A stretch of 63,716 nucleotides of DNA, the filler included, from Chiloscyllium plagiosum (lineage: Eukaryota), in NCBI RefSeq assembly GCF_004010195.1. It is 4 parts of one record of this genome, joined end to end, with 100 filler letters (N's around TTAATTAATTAA, not from the genome) between each part and the next. Parts side by side here need not be neighbours in the genome. Positions count along the whole stretch, not along the records: positions 27,063 to 48,114 come from NC_057710.1; positions 48,215 to 59,531 come from NC_057710.1; 2 more parts are not named here. One strand, given 5' to 3'. Positions 36,506-50,529 of this stretch are shown one piece after another (position 1 is the stretch's first letter; each line of letters starts with the position of its first letter). A program made the translations under genes and the position numbers. The notes beneath the pieces were generated by a model. The model was not told where the DNA came from, searched no databases, and saw only the letters and a list, made by a program, of their open reading frames with translations.

Positions 36506-37039
36506 CACTGAACATATTTAATGGGTTGTTGTCTCTTTACAATACAGTGAATCTCATCGTCCTATGAAGCCACTTAGCACAAAATTCAAATAAACATATT
36601 TTTCCTATTTCTAAAAACAAAAGAAAAACAAAACAAACATTTCAAATTTGATAGTTATTCATGAGCATTTTCTTTTATCGTGTGATACATGTAGTTTCAG
36701 ACTTCAATTTTAAAAACCAAAAGTATAAGTCTTCCCAATAGTTCTGCATGTTTTTCTGTCAAGATTGTGTGGTTTAGCTATTGAAAATTGGACCTCAATT
36801 ATTCCCTGCTGCACTCAAAGTTAGCTAATCTAAATGTGTTGATGGTAGAGGAACTTCAATTAGCTTCAAATTCCATAGGGAAAACAGGGGAGATGAAGGA
36901 ATCAGAGTCAGTTCTTCTGATTATTATCTGAAACACCTAGTGATCACCACTTTTGATCAAGAAATCACAGGCCACCAGGCGTCTATGCTCTGACTGCAAA
37001 AATGACTGAGCTTCTTGTTGCTTGCCATTTCAACACAAC

Positions 37040-37465
37040 AGCTATAGGAGATGCTGAATAGCTGGGGCTGCTTTCCTTGGAGCATCAAAGGCTGAGGGGT
37101 GACCTTGTTGAGGATGAGAAAAATCATGATGGTTTTAGATAGGGTAAGTAGACAAGGTCTTTTTCCTGGGGTGGGGGAGTCCAGAAGAAGAGGGCATAGA
37201 TTTAGGGCGAGAGGGGAAAAATTTAAAAGGGACCTAAGGGGCAACTTTTTAATGTAAAGGGTGGTGTGTGTATGAAATAAGTTGCCAAAGGAAGGTGGAG
37301 GCTGGTACAACTACAACATTTAAAAGGCATTTGGATGGGTATATGAATAGCAGAATATGGGCCAAGTGCTGGCAAATGGGATTAGATTAGGTTAGGATAA
37401 CTGGTCAGCACAGACAAGTTGGAACAAGGGGTCTGTTTACATCCTGTACATCTCTATGACTCTAT
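37040..37465 (+). mobile_element. CR1 3' fragment
   Basis: Matches 36085-36505 and 11855-12300. Tail ctctatgactctat. Confidence 0.88.
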
Positions 37466-39759
37466 GTTTGTCTGTGTATGAGTGTTTGTCTGTGTAAGGG
37501 GAGTTTATAAGGGAATTAGAGTTTTAATTAGTAATGTTGTATGCCAATGGTTTATATATGTTTATCTGTAGCTAGAGTCGAGTTGCTTATAATAAGTAAT
37601 AATTCTTTGTCAGTACAGAAGGCCTGGTCTATGCTTTCTAGCAATTTTGGTCTGAAAGTAGGTACGTTGAGGTACAGTGTGTATCTTTGGCACAGCAATA
37701 ACAGGCCTCAATTTACAGTGCTCTATCCCAGTTACACTAGCTAATTGAAAATGCAAATTTTTGAACATTATTCTGAGATGCAAACTGGAGTTACAATGAC
37801 TTCACTCTGTTAAACTGTATATTCATCCTCTAGGTTTCACATGTGCCTAACAGCCAGAAATAGTGCCACAAGTTCGAAAACATAATTCAGCACAGCTCCT
37901 CAAGCCATTAAAATTCAAGAAATATAACTGTATTTGTAACTTTCTTACTTGGTGGATTATACTATTTGAATCCCAGAAAAGTGGAAATTTGAAAAGGCCA
38001 GAAGTCTCACAAGCTCTGTAGCAACAATGTGAAATACGAGCAAATTAGTGGGAGGATTTCAGATGTGGTCCCTGTGCTGTATGGTATGTATCTATAAAAT
38101 GTACTAACACAAAATAGCTTGGCCTCTCTTGGCAATATGCAGAGGCCTGGGAAGAATTTGGCTGCCTTCTTGCTCTTTGCAGGAAATGCGTGACCTGAGA
38201 AAACTAAAAGAACAAGCAGGGAAAAGTTAGATGATATCATGGCCCTTAAAATTAAATCAAAAGGATGCATCCAAGTGAAACAGGCACTTTACAAAATTTA
38301 ACAATTAACAGCAGATTTCTGTTTCAAAATTAATAGGTTGCCAACACAATATTGTTTGGATTGCAAATAAGGAACATCAGAAAAGTTAACAAAGAACAGA
38401 TGTGTATACCAGTGACATGTAATCTTCACTTTAAGAACTGTGATATGACAAACAGCGTGGAAGAAATAGAGCAGAGCCAGATTGAAAATTACAGAATGGT
38501 CACATATGCTGCATAATTGACTGCCAAACTCTATATCCTCAGAGGCTTCCAACAACAAAAAAAAAACAAGTTTCAAATGCCTGTCTAGTTCCTCTTGAAA
38601 ATACTGGAATGGGACTTTTGAATTGCATTGACTGCAAGAAGACACACAAAAAACTCAAATTCAAAGAAACTATCAAATGCCTAGCAAGTTTACATTGAGT
38701 ATATTCTGAATTTCTACAGGAAAACTGTAAAAAGTGTAAATACAAAATGCAAAAGAAAATATCCTTGTTTCATGTAGAACTATAACCCTACACAAAATAT
38801 TTGAATCCACAACTTTCAAAAGATTTGGATAGTACTATATTAAGTCTCATTATGAAGTCAAATACCAATTGTGACTACTGTTCAAGACAGTTTATTTACT
38901 TCTAGCCATCCTATATCCGTACTTCCATGTATAGCAGTTTCAATTTGTATTATACTATTTCCACTGAACCATGACGTCACTAAAGTGGAATCTCTTCTAT
39001 AGTGAGGCTGAACTCACGATGTTTGAGTTGAAGGCAGATAGTTCGAGAAGATGTCAAAGTAGAGAACTGGCTTCAGGCTCAGATGCAAAGTTGCACTGTT
39101 TAGAATACAGGGGTACATTCATACTAAATACTGCTAATCTTGATAATTATAGACTCACTGGGCTCTGACCTTGTGGTTATATTTGTTAAGGACTAACCTA
39201 CCTTCATTGTGTGTTCATATCCATGTGCTCTCATGTCTCACTCTCATTCTGCTGTATTCTAATTTCATCTACACCCTGCACAGTAATGTGCAGCTGCACA
39301 GCAGCATTGCATGGTTGCTCCAGAGACTCATGCCCTTACACATCAATATTTAAGATGTATGGCTACATGAGACAAATTCAAATTTAGACCACTGTCAATT
39401 TAATCTTGAGATATTCTCAAATTTAATTCGCTCTGTTACACATTACTCTTTCCTCCTCTCAAACTCACTTACTTTCTGGAAGGTATAACTACATTAGTGG
39501 CAATTACTTCCTCATTCTTCACCCAAGACTAATTCTTCACATAAACCATGGCCAGAATTTTATGTGGAAATAGTGGCCCCATCACAATGAAGAAAATGGC
39601 AAGCTCATCTCCACTCATCTGGGCTGAGATTTAATGGCCATTAGAAGTAATTCCTGCCTCCATCAGCTACAAGCAAATCAACCAGAAGCCCTCTGGTCCC
39701 AGAAAAACCACTGGGCATGGTGTCCCCAATTCCCATTGCAGAAATATCATGGACATGTT

Positions 39760-40168
39760 CCATATTACTTATCACATAGTTTAATAACTATGTAAATTCC
39801 AAATTTCACTTTTATGAAAAAGCGGACACAGCTAGTGTGTCGCCGCCAAACATTTTCCCGGGAACTACATTCAGCATCAAGCTGCCATAGCTTTGAACAG
39901 TGTCTGTAATCATCTGTGCTTTATCTCAATTTATTTTGTGCATCCATTAAAAAGATGTGTCCTAAGATATCTTGTACCTCCCACCACCCCAACCTCCAAT
40001 AGTCTTTACTATAATATTGTGCTAATTAAGGTTTTGAGTGTTACTTGGTGGGTTATTTTTTGTGTCTGGAAACGCTTAAAAAAATTTTCCCATATAAATT
40101 AATGGTAATTGTTTCTTCGCTTAACAGTTTCAGAAACACTCTACTTTCAGATAGTGGGACACCTGTAT
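39760..40168. mobile_element. Probable Tigger/pogo-like MITE remnant
   Basis: Ends in gggacacctgTA with ccatataaattaatggtaattg subterminal motif. The left TIR is not clearly identified. Confidence 0.4.
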
Positions 40169-40576
40169 CAGTTAAAATATAAAACAGAAAGAAACAGAGG
40201 TAGAAGTGTTTTTAAAATACAGCAAGTGATCAGGATCAGATTGCACTGCCCACAATTATGGTGGAAGGAGACATAATTCGTTGCTTGAAAAAGGGAACTG
40301 GATAATTATCTGAAGAGGAAAGACTTTCAGGACAGAAGGAATAGGTAGGGAGCTGGACTGGTTGAGTTGCTCTTCCAGAGAAACGGCACAGCATGTCTGG
40401 GCTGTAAGCATTCTATGATGACCTAGTAACCAGCAGTCACTCTACTACAAAAGGGCAATTCCTGCCTGAATAATCTGCTCTATTTCTTTGAGGAAATAGA
40501 AATACAAGTAGACTGCAGATAGCCCCATGATTAAGGAGAGAATGGTGCCAAAATAGCTAATGTTCAACTAGAAAGG

Positions 40577-42680
40577 TATAAGACCATACGACATAGGAGC
40601 AGAAATTAGGCCATTCAGCCCATTCAGTCTGCTCCGCCACTGAATCACGGCTGATAGGTTTCTCAACCCCATTCTCCTGCTTTCTCCCCGTAAACCTTAA
40701 CCCTCTTGATACTCAAGAACCCATCTATCTCAGTCTTAAATATACTCAATGACCTGGCCTCCACAGCCTTCTGTGGCGATGAATTCCATAGATTCACTGC
40801 TCTCTGGCTTAAGAAGTTTCTCCAAATCTCCATTCTAAAAGATCGTCCTTTAACTCTAAGGCTATGCCCTGGGTCCTAGTCTCTCCTAGGAATGGAAACA
40901 TCTTCCCAACATCTACTCTGTCCAGGCCATTCAGTATTCTGTATGTTTCAATTAGATTCCCCCTCATCCTTCGAAACTCCATTGAGTATAGACCCAGAAT
41001 CCTCAAATTTTACTCATATGTTAAGCTTTTCATTCCTGGGACCAATCTCAAGAACCTCCCCAAAACACGCTCCAGGCAGTACATCCTTCCTGAGATATGA
41101 GGCCTAAAACTTGACAAGCTACTCCAGAGCCTTACAGAGCCTAAGTACACCTCTGCTTTTATATTTAAGTCCTCTCAAAATAAATACCATCATTGCATTT
41201 GCCTTCCTAATTACGGACTCAACCTGCAAGGTTACACTTGAGAGAATCCTGGACTAGAACTCCCAAGTTTCTTTGCACTTCAGAATTTTAGAAAATAATC
41301 CATGTCTCTATTCTTCCTACCAAAATGCATGACTTCACACTTTCCCATGTTCTACTCCAACTGCTACTTCTTTACCATTCTCCTAACCTGCCCAAATCCT
41401 CAATGCTACCTCCTCCTCTATCTTTGTATCATCTGCAAACCTAGCCAGAATGCCCTCAGTTCCTTCATCTGGATTGTTAATGTATAAAGTGAAAAATTGT
41501 GGCCACAACACTGCGCCTTGTGGAACATCACTTGTCACCGCTGCCACCCCGAAATGGACCCTTTTATCCCCACACACTGCTTTCTGCCAAACAGCCAAGC
41601 TTCTATCCATGCTAGCACCTTGCCTCTGACACCATGGGCCCTTTTCTTACTCAGTTGCCTCCTGTGCAGCACCTTGTAAAAGCCTTTCTTGAAGGCCAAA
41701 TAGATAACATCCATTGGCTCTCCTTGGTCTAACCTGCTCATTACTTCCTCAAAGAATTCTAGCTGATTTGTCAGGCATGACCTCCCTTTGATGAAACCAA
41801 GCTGACTTTGCCCTATTTACCATACACTTCCAATTATTCAGAAATCTCATCCTTCACAATGGATTCCTGGATCTTACCCACGATTGTGGTTAGGCTAACA
41901 GGGGTGTCACATTAGTGATTTTCCAGTCCTCTGGGATCCCCCCCTGATTCTAGCGATTCCTGAAAGATCAACACTAATGCCTCCACTATCTCTTCAGCTA
42001 TCTCCCTTAGAACTCTGGCATGTAGTCCATCTGGTCCAGGTGATTTAACCACCTTCAGGCCATTCAGTTTTTCTAGCACCGTCTCCTTGGTGACTGCCAC
42101 CATTCTCAGCTCTGCCCTTCACTCTCTGGAATTTTTGGGATTTTACTTGTGTCTTCCACCGTGAAGACTGATGCAAAGTAATTATTCAGTTCCTCAGCCA
42201 TTTCCTTGCTCCCCACTACTATCTCTCCAGTGTTGTATTCCAGTGGCCCAATATCCACTTTTGTATCTCTTTTGCCCTTTATATATCTAAAGAAACTCTT
42301 AGGCTTCCTTTACATTACTGGCTAGTGTACCCTCATATTTAATCTTCTCCCTCCTTATTCCTTTTTTTGTTGCCCTCTGTTGGTCTTTGTAAGCTTCCCA
42401 ATCCTCTGGTTTCCCACTGCCCTTCGCCACATTATATGCTGCTTTGTCTTTTGTTTTTATGCTATCCGTGACTTCCCTAGTCAGCCATGATTGCCTCATC
42501 TTCCCTGTACCATGCTTCTTTTCCCTCAGGATGAATCCCTGTTCTGTCTCCTGAATTACTCCCAGAAACTCCTGCCCTTGCTGTTCCAGTGTCTTTCCTG
42601 CTAAACTCCTCACCAGCCAATTCTACCCAGCTCCTCCCTCCTGCCTCTGTGGTTGCTTTTATTCAGCTGTAATACTATCT
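40577..42680 (-). mobile_element. CR1 LINE ORF2 (second subfamily), 5'-truncated, degenerate
   Basis: KSPGPDGLHARVLRE, DVIYLAFKK, VPQGAVL, FADDTK, RRMRGNLIE on the minus strand. Confidence 0.92.
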
Positions 42681-45600
42681 ACAGGATTCTTCAAAGACTA
42701 GAGCTCAAGGTGTGACAATAGAATGTTACTGCTTGCCAGTTTAACCTCACGTTTGCAACCTGCAAATGGGAGAAGACAAACCTGTGGACTGTACACAGAA
42801 ATGAAAAGTGAGGACATCTGTGTCTCAGACTATTCTCATCGAGCAAGGCCCAAATAAAAAGAAACTGAGCTACATAAGTAGGGTAGTATCACCAGCAAAG
42901 AGGCCTGAGAAATGAAGAGAGTTACGTGTTAGAGAACTTCTTTTAAAAAATAGTTAATTATTTGAGACATTTCAGTAATGGAGCAAAGCTTATTGTTGAG
43001 GAAATTGCAGGAAACTTTATTTCGTAATTGCAGAAAATTGTTGTTTTCAGCAGTGCCAACATTCAATGCAAACATCACAGAAAATCATTATAACTTAAAT
43101 TTCCAAAACATCAATGTTCCAAATAAAATCCATACAGCAACAGTATCTCAGGTCCAGACTCTAGATAATCTCAAACTTGCCACCGCCTGTTGTTTACACA
43201 AATTTCAAGCTTTTATAAGCACAAGTCCCAACAGCAGCCCCTTCCATTTGGCTGCAATTTTTGTGTCTGAGAAAACCCGGTACAATTTAAAGAGCACAGG
43301 GAGTTAACGTGGTCCTTCCCCCTAGTGTTTTTACAGCTGTACAGAGTTTGACCTAGGGAGTTTCACTTCCCAATTCAAATTTTGTTATCTGTTGAGTGAA
43401 TGCAAATAGTAATAGAAGTCATATTGTCTTTGTGAATGCTGCTGGCAAAATATTTTTTCCCCAATAGGACATAATTAAAAGTTACTGCTATATTAATCAT
43501 GTTAAGTTAACTTAAATACTGCTCTTGTTACTTCAGAATTTATGAAAAACATCTGCTTACAGACTGTTTAGTTTATACAGAAGTTTGTTCCAGATTTAAA
43601 TTTCATTATTGTTGCAATTAAGTGTTGCTCGTAATCAAAGTTCATTATTCACAGCTTCCATCCTCCTCTACAGCATTAGTAAAATTTGACTCAGCAGTTC
43701 AAAATTTGCAATAGAATAAAATAAATCTTAGACTTTGCTTTAGTTGGCAACTAAACAAAGAGTATGCTATAATTTCTGGTCTGAACTGAGCTGTGCATAT
43801 CTGAGGTGCAGCAGTGATAAAACATACATTAGTTATGGCAGCCACATTTGGGTGGGGTGTCACATTAATTACAGAGCACAGGGGAATGAAAAGAATTGCC
43901 TCAAATTACTATGCAGGTGAAAGTACAAGTGTTAGGATATCAGCAGAATTACAATTGCCTTGCCAGGGACTAAGCTAACAGAGTAAATGCCCAAGTAGCA
44001 ATCATTCAATTATTATTATTGCAAACAGAATCAGCAAGCTATTCTACCAAATTGACTTCCAAAGCACAGCCAGATTCACTCCTTTCCAACATCTATCCAG
44101 CCGAAACCACAATTAAACTAGCCATGGCCTTATTTATTGGCAGAGCAGGTTCAAGGGACTGAATGGCCAACTCCTAAATGAAGTTCTTACATTCTTTTTA
44201 GGATAACAATCAATAGCTACAGTCTGAAACCTAAATCTAGACCCCTAACCACTATCCAAGAATCATCACAAATATATTCCTCGGGTAATCTAAATTGCAT
44301 CCGATTCCTAATAAATGATGTTAGTAGTTATTCATTCAGAGTAAATAGTGCTAATACAAACTCAAGTTGGGAAAGAGGACTTTGCATTTACACTTGGGAC
44401 AGCGGGTTTTAATCTCTGGTTTACTGTCAACTGTAAAATACCAACCTAAAAAAAGTTAAAATTACTCATATTCAGACATTAATTAACTTATGTAGTATGG
44501 TTAGGAAGATCACCTAAAGCCAAATAGCCAAGCAGAGTCCTAGTCTATGATGCTAGTTAATCTCAACAGGGTAGCACAAAGAGTACAATTAGTCTCAAAT
44601 TGCTAGACTTGGGAGGAAAAATATGCACATATTAGGCACGGTTCCTTTCATTGATTATTACAATTGTGATTTCATTGACCTAAGCATGGGAGTACAAGCA
44701 AAACGAACAACAGATGTCAGATATGTATGCTGATAGGGGTTTGGAACCATGAAACCTCAGACACATGAATGAGTGCATGCCTGGGAATCTTTGGGCTATT
44801 TGGGAAAGTGACTTCTTTCCCCCACTGGCAACCTGTATCTCACTAGAATTCAATAAATAGTGCTATATATAAAGGAATCCAAAAGCCAGTCATGGATCAT
44901 ACAGTGATAGCACTAATCTGGTGGCAGGATTACAGAGAATGCCATGATTTCATGTGGGAAACATCAAAGTGGTTTTGTCATTTGAACATGCACATCATGA
45001 TTTAAGTGATGCCACTGCAGCAAAACTGGGTTAGTCAAAATATAATTATCAATGATAAACCTAAAATGGCCAAACTGATGCTGGTGTCAAAAAGTGAAAG
45101 GTAATATCTTTGATGATGGTTCCCAGATTATTTTCCCCACAACGTTTGCCCAATGTAAACTGATCAAGAGATTCTGTTTGCAAATCAGCCACAGTTGTTG
45201 AGCTCTGCCTCAGTAATGGAAAAAAAATCCATGTCAAATGAATTTTAACTTATTAAAGGAGCCTTAGACAGCCTCCAACATGGTAAAGAATTGCAAGAAT
45301 TACTTGAGCCAACATGATGCTTAAACTTCCCATTAAACAGAACTCCCTGGAATGCAAGTTTCTACAATGTTTACATATTATCTAGGTCAAAGAAGGAACC
45401 AGGAATTTAAGCTTACACCATTTCAAATTCTTGTAGTTTATTCACACGGCCAGCTTTTCCAGAGGCTTCATCCACGCAGGGATGAACAGTCAGATCAGTG
45501 TAAATGCCGGTGAAGACAGACAAAACGTTATATGGAATATATACGTGCGAATCATCTCAGACAATTGGTGTAGGTTTAGAAAGAGAAACAATAGATCTGA

Positions 45601-46056
45601 CTGAATATATAAAAACACAAGTAGTTGTAAAAGGTTGGGAAGAGAAAATATACAATTATTAGGCATGGTTCCTTTTATTGACTATTTTTTAGTGATTTTA
45701 TTTAAAAAATATAGAAGTGGAGATCAGGCAAAAGGAACAATAAAATATTTTGGCACCAGCATCAATATGTATGTTCAAAAGAGAAAAACATGCTTTAATA
45801 TTTCCCACATTGATCCAGTGGCACAATCACAGGGAATGGCATAGCCACAGTGTGGTCCAGATTCTGACTTTTGGACTTGTTCTCACATTCTCATGAAGCT
45901 CCAGCAGTCAGCGTTCACCCACGTTGGACTGTATGCATATATTGGACATGGGATATTTTGAGAAGAGAAGAAAGTTTTCCCAGCACAAACATCTGAGATG
46001 TGGTTTTGGATAGATTGCTGACTAGTCCTAACTGTATTTACATCCAACACGAAATA

Positions 46057-46259
46057 GCTGAAAATGTGTTGCTGGAAAAGCGCAGCAGGTCAGGCAGCAT
46101 CCAAGGAGCAGGAGAATCGACGTTTCGGGAATGAGCCTGAAGATGGGCTCATACCCGAAACATCGATTCTCCTGCTCCTTGGATGCTGCCTGACCTGCTG
46201 CGCTTTTCCAGCAACACATTTTCAGCTCTGATCTCCAGCATCTGCAGTCCTCACTTTCT
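46057..46259. mobile_element. Fold-back PLE terminus-only insertion
   Basis: Inverted arms of ~75 bp. 16-bp TSD catccaayacgaaata (46041-46056, 46260-46275). The apex falls in the hammerhead stem II/core. Confidence 0.9.
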
Positions 46260-47029
46260 CATCCAATACGAAATATTAAACCCATGGCTAGTTCCAGGTT
46301 ACATCTAGCCTTTCATCCTTGGCAGCCGGCACTTGAAGCCCAAGTGTTTCTCTATATTTTGTAATGTTATTTCTTACTCTCTGGTTCCTCCTGTTGACAT
46401 TGCAAGCTTGAAAAGGGCTACAGTTTTCTGCCTCAAAGGAGCAATTATTCAGCAAAATGAAGCAGAGCCAACTAAGTAGATAACAAGTGTTCAAATGTTT
46501 AGTTAAAATGGACAGGTTTTGAGGCACCATACTTTTTGATCCGATCATGAAACCCAATATCAGAAACAGGGAATCTGCTGAAAGCTACTCCATGATCTTG
46601 CTGACAACCCTTCCTTGCCACACCATGAAACTGTTCCCACTTATGCTACTCTGTTTCACTATGCAATTCTGGACCTCCATCGGACATCCCTCTTATACCC
46701 CCTCCACTGTGGCACTGTTGAGCAAAAGAACCAGCAACCTCTGATTCCCCAACAGCTCTAGTTCAGTAGGACCTCCACCCCAGGAGCCTGATCACACTGG
46801 ACTCTCTTCCAATTCTCTTGTGGTTTAGGAGGTCTTCCCCAGAGAATCGAACGATGGTTTTCCACAAGATTCCATCTTAAACCACCTACTCTTTGCTGTC
46901 TGAGATTCAAAATCCCAGATCTCCCTTTCTCATAACACTGAGGGTGTTGCTACACCATTTGGACTACGCAACTGTCTTCTCAGGACAAACTGAGAGTAGT
47001 AATAAATGCTGGCTTTCGGAGCAATGTCC

Positions 47030-47203
47030 ACATCCAAAAATGTGCAGGTCAGGTGAATTGGCCATACGAAATTGCCCATAATGTTAGGTGCATTAGTCAG
47101 AGGGAAATGGGTCTGGGTGGCTTACTCTTCAGAGGGTCGGTGTGGACTTATTGGGCCGAAGGGCCTGTTTCCACACTGTTGGGAATCTAATCTAATCTAA
47201 TCT
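47030..47203 (+). mobile_element. HE1 SINE 3' half with (AATCT)n tail
   Basis: gtgcaggtcaggtgaattggcca...gggccgaagggcctgtttccacactg...aatctaatct. Confidence 0.85.
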
Positions 47204-47580
47204 CATGACCTAACATTAAAATGCTGCAATTTTGTAATCTCTGTGCGCTGAAGTGAAAGATCTCAGCTTTATTGCTGTATAAGCACCAACACAACAGTTC
47301 TAGGAGAAACCTAATCACATAAATCATTCTTTACTGCATTTTTTGTTCCAACGAATACTAATTTTGTTTTAAAACAATACTCTACACAATGTCAGACAAA
47401 ATAATTTCATTCATTTGAGTGAATGTACCAGCTTGTGCTCAGCTCTGTTCACATAGATTCTAAATGTTGAATTGGTTAGAAAATCTGTAGAAATCAAGTC
47501 ATAGAGACACAGTCAACAGCTCAGAAAAAGTCCCTTCAGCCCACTGTTTTTGACCAGTGCAGACTCAAATATTTAGCTGG

Positions 47581-48114
47581 GTAAAAACAATGACTGCAGA
47601 TGCTGGAAACCAGCCTTGAAGAAGTTTTCCTCCTCTCTCTACAAGAATCTCAGGGAGTCTCTCTCTCACTGCAACTCCCAGGTCATTTCCTCAGCCCTGA
47701 AGCTTTTCATCCATGTCCTGAAACAAACTCGGTATCACAGCCACATTTGCTTCCTCAGTGCCTGTCTCCGTAACCAACTCACCCCACACGGACTCCGGAC
47801 CACCTTTAAACCAGCAGAGTTCGGACCCAAACAGGACAAACAGTACAGATTACAGATTCAAAAACACCAGCAACGGTTCTCCATCAAGATCCTCCGCTCC
47901 ACGCTTGCAGCAATGCGCCGGTACCTAACCTCTCTACAGTCTGCCCTGCCTCAGCTGAGGGCCACACTCTCTCAGAATTGCAAAGGACCCACTCTGTACT
48001 ACATCCTCAGGAGAATTCATACTCTCAACAAACAGTATTTCAATTCCATCTCAAACATCAAAAACTGTAAGTACAACAAACTTTTATCTACCCAGCTCCA
48101 TAACCAGCACTCCT
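47581..48114 (+). mobile_element. Penelope-like element 5' region (short inverted terminus + ORF N-terminus), cut by gap
   Basis: The first 33 nt equal the terminus at 26767. Open ORF with KQTRYHSHICFLSAC....LTPHGL resembles the H..FL..C.....PKGL N-terminal motif of PLE ORFs. Confidence 0.75.
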
Positions 48115-48215
48115 NNNNNNNNNNNNNNNNNNNNNNNNNNNNNNNNNNNNNNNNNNNNTTAATTAATTAANNNNNNNNNNNNNNNNNNNNNNNNNNNNNN
48201 NNNNNNNNNNNNNNT

Positions 48216-50523
48216 GGTGATATTTGTTTTACACATTGGAGAGGTTTGGTGTTGGACAGGTGTTTACCAAATGGGTCTCAACATTGTATAGTGATCCTAA
48301 AGCAGTTGTGGTTACCAATGGATTAGGCTCGGATAGCTTCAGTGTGGGTAGTGGCTGCCGTCAGGGATGTCCCCTCTCGCCATTGTTATTCACGCTAATA
48401 ATTGAACCACTAGCAGATGCTATACGAGCTGATCCTAATATAGTGGCCCCAAGGATTGGTACAGGTAAACATAAAATTACCCTTTATGCAGATGATGTTC
48501 TTCTATTCCTCAGTAACCCTTTGATGTCCATTCCTCGCTTAATCCAAGTTATTAATACATTTAGCGCATTCTCAGGCTATAAAATTTACTTTTCAAAATC
48601 GGAGGCTTTGCCAATGGGTGGCCTTGCTGTGATACCCCGCTTAGCGGATGGTTCCCTTTTTCCCTTTCGCTGGTCCCTGGAGGGTTTCTTATATTTAGGC
48701 ATTTTTATTACTCCAGTATTTTGTCAGTTGTATAAGGCTAATTTTGTGTATTTATTGGAAAGGATAAGGCAGGACCTCCAGCGATGGGGAGACCTGCCAA
48801 TTTCCTGGTTGGGTAGAATAGCATTAATCAAAATGAATATCCTGCCCCGTCTCCTATATCCTATGAGAATGCTTCCGGTGGTGCTGCCGAGGACAGCTTT
48901 ATGTAAATTATACGGCTGGCTGAGTTCCTTTATCTGGAACCATAGGCGGCCCCTCATTAAGCTGAAGAAGCTGCGGCTTCCACAGGCAAGGGGTGGATTG
49001 GACTTCCCAGATTTTAGGAAATATCAATTAAGTTCCCTGTTAAGTTATATAGCTGATTGGGTCTTGTCTGATCCACAATCAATCTGGTTGGACATCGAGG
49101 CTTCTCAAGTAAAATACCCACTTATTAACCTTTTATTCTCAGACAAGAGGAAAATCATTACAGATCACTGTAAAAACCCTATAATACTGAATACAATCAA
49201 GGCTTGGAATATAATGCGGCAAAATGAGGGTAATTCACATAAAACATCCCCCTATGCACCGATAGTGGGAGCATGGGGATTCCAACCGGGGTTAACAGAT
49301 GCCACTTTTAAACTCTGGAGATCCAGGGGTATCTCATGTTTCGGGGATTTATTTAAAGATGGGGTCCTGATGTCTTTCGGACAGCTGCGTGAGAAATTCG
49401 GATTACCCAATGGAGACCTCTTTCGATACTTCCAAATTCGAGATTTTATACAGAAGACTACGTTATTAGATAGTCTTTATAAATCCGATAGAGAATGTAG
49501 TGTCCTACGACCAGTGGGGGTATCTTCCGTCAGTAATATTTATCATTTGCTACATGATGAAGTATCGGGAGATATGGATAATCTGCTTAAAACATGGGAT
49601 CAGGATCTGGGACTAGAAATCTCCACAGAAACGTGGAATGATATCTGGGAAAATGCTAGAAGAATTACTATTTTTAACAGAACCCAGGCTATCCAGCTGA
49701 AGATACTTCATAGGGCCCATATAGCACTGGTTCGATTGGCAAAATTTAAGGCAGGAGCATCTCCAATGTGTCCTAAATGCAAAATAGAGGTGGGCACTCT
49801 TGTATATTGCTTATGGACCTGTCATAAGATCCGTGGATATTGGACTAAAGTAGCAAGTACCCTGATAGAAATTTTAGGAACGGAAATTAAAGTGGACCCC
49901 GTATCTCTCCTCTTGGGCTTTTCGAACTTTCCCTCCCTGGACACGTATGGGAAGAGACTATTTTCTATTCTTTCTTTCTGTGCAAGGAAAAATATTTTGG
50001 TGAACTGGGTGGCTGAGGGCCCCCCTGGACTTTCAAATTGGCAGAGACTAATTATGGAATGTATTCCCCTTGACTTCCTTACAAATATGGTGTACCGAAA
50101 GACCGAATTATTTTATAAAATATGGCAGCCCTTTTTGAATTACATAAATACAGATATTTCGGCTATCCTAACAAGGGCTTTTATTTAATTGAGATTACAA
50201 ACCTGGCTGGTCCGCGGCCCCTCTGGGGAGGAATCCCGCACGAATACGGGTTTTATTAATCTGATGTTAACACATTCCGAGCATGTAAGAGACTTAAATA
50301 TACACCCTGGTTAGTTGTAGGTTAGATTAGTAGATAGTTGAGTTTTGTTTGTTTTTTTTCTCTTCGGGTTTTTTTTGTTTTGTTTTTTCTTTTTTTTTGT
50401 TAAATTTTGGCTATTGTATATTTGAGCTAATTGTATATCAATGTTTATATCTGAGAGTTTTGTTTATTTTTGTAAACTTGTAAAAATGTTAAATTTCTAA
50501 TAAAAATATCTATTAACAAAAAT
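48216..50523 (+). mobile_element. Young L1, 3' half: uninterrupted ORF2 (to 50188), 3'UTR, AATAAA and A-rich tail
   Basis: 654 codons without a stop: GCRQGCPLSPLLF, LYADD, GGL..PD, CPKC. The 5' part is lost in the gap. Confidence 0.95.
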
Positions 50524-50529
50524 ACTTCT

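Noticed and set aside
45440..45480. SECIS element (ATGA...AAA...TGA on minus strand)
   Set aside because: Helix 2 does not pair convincingly and no selenoprotein CDS is visible.
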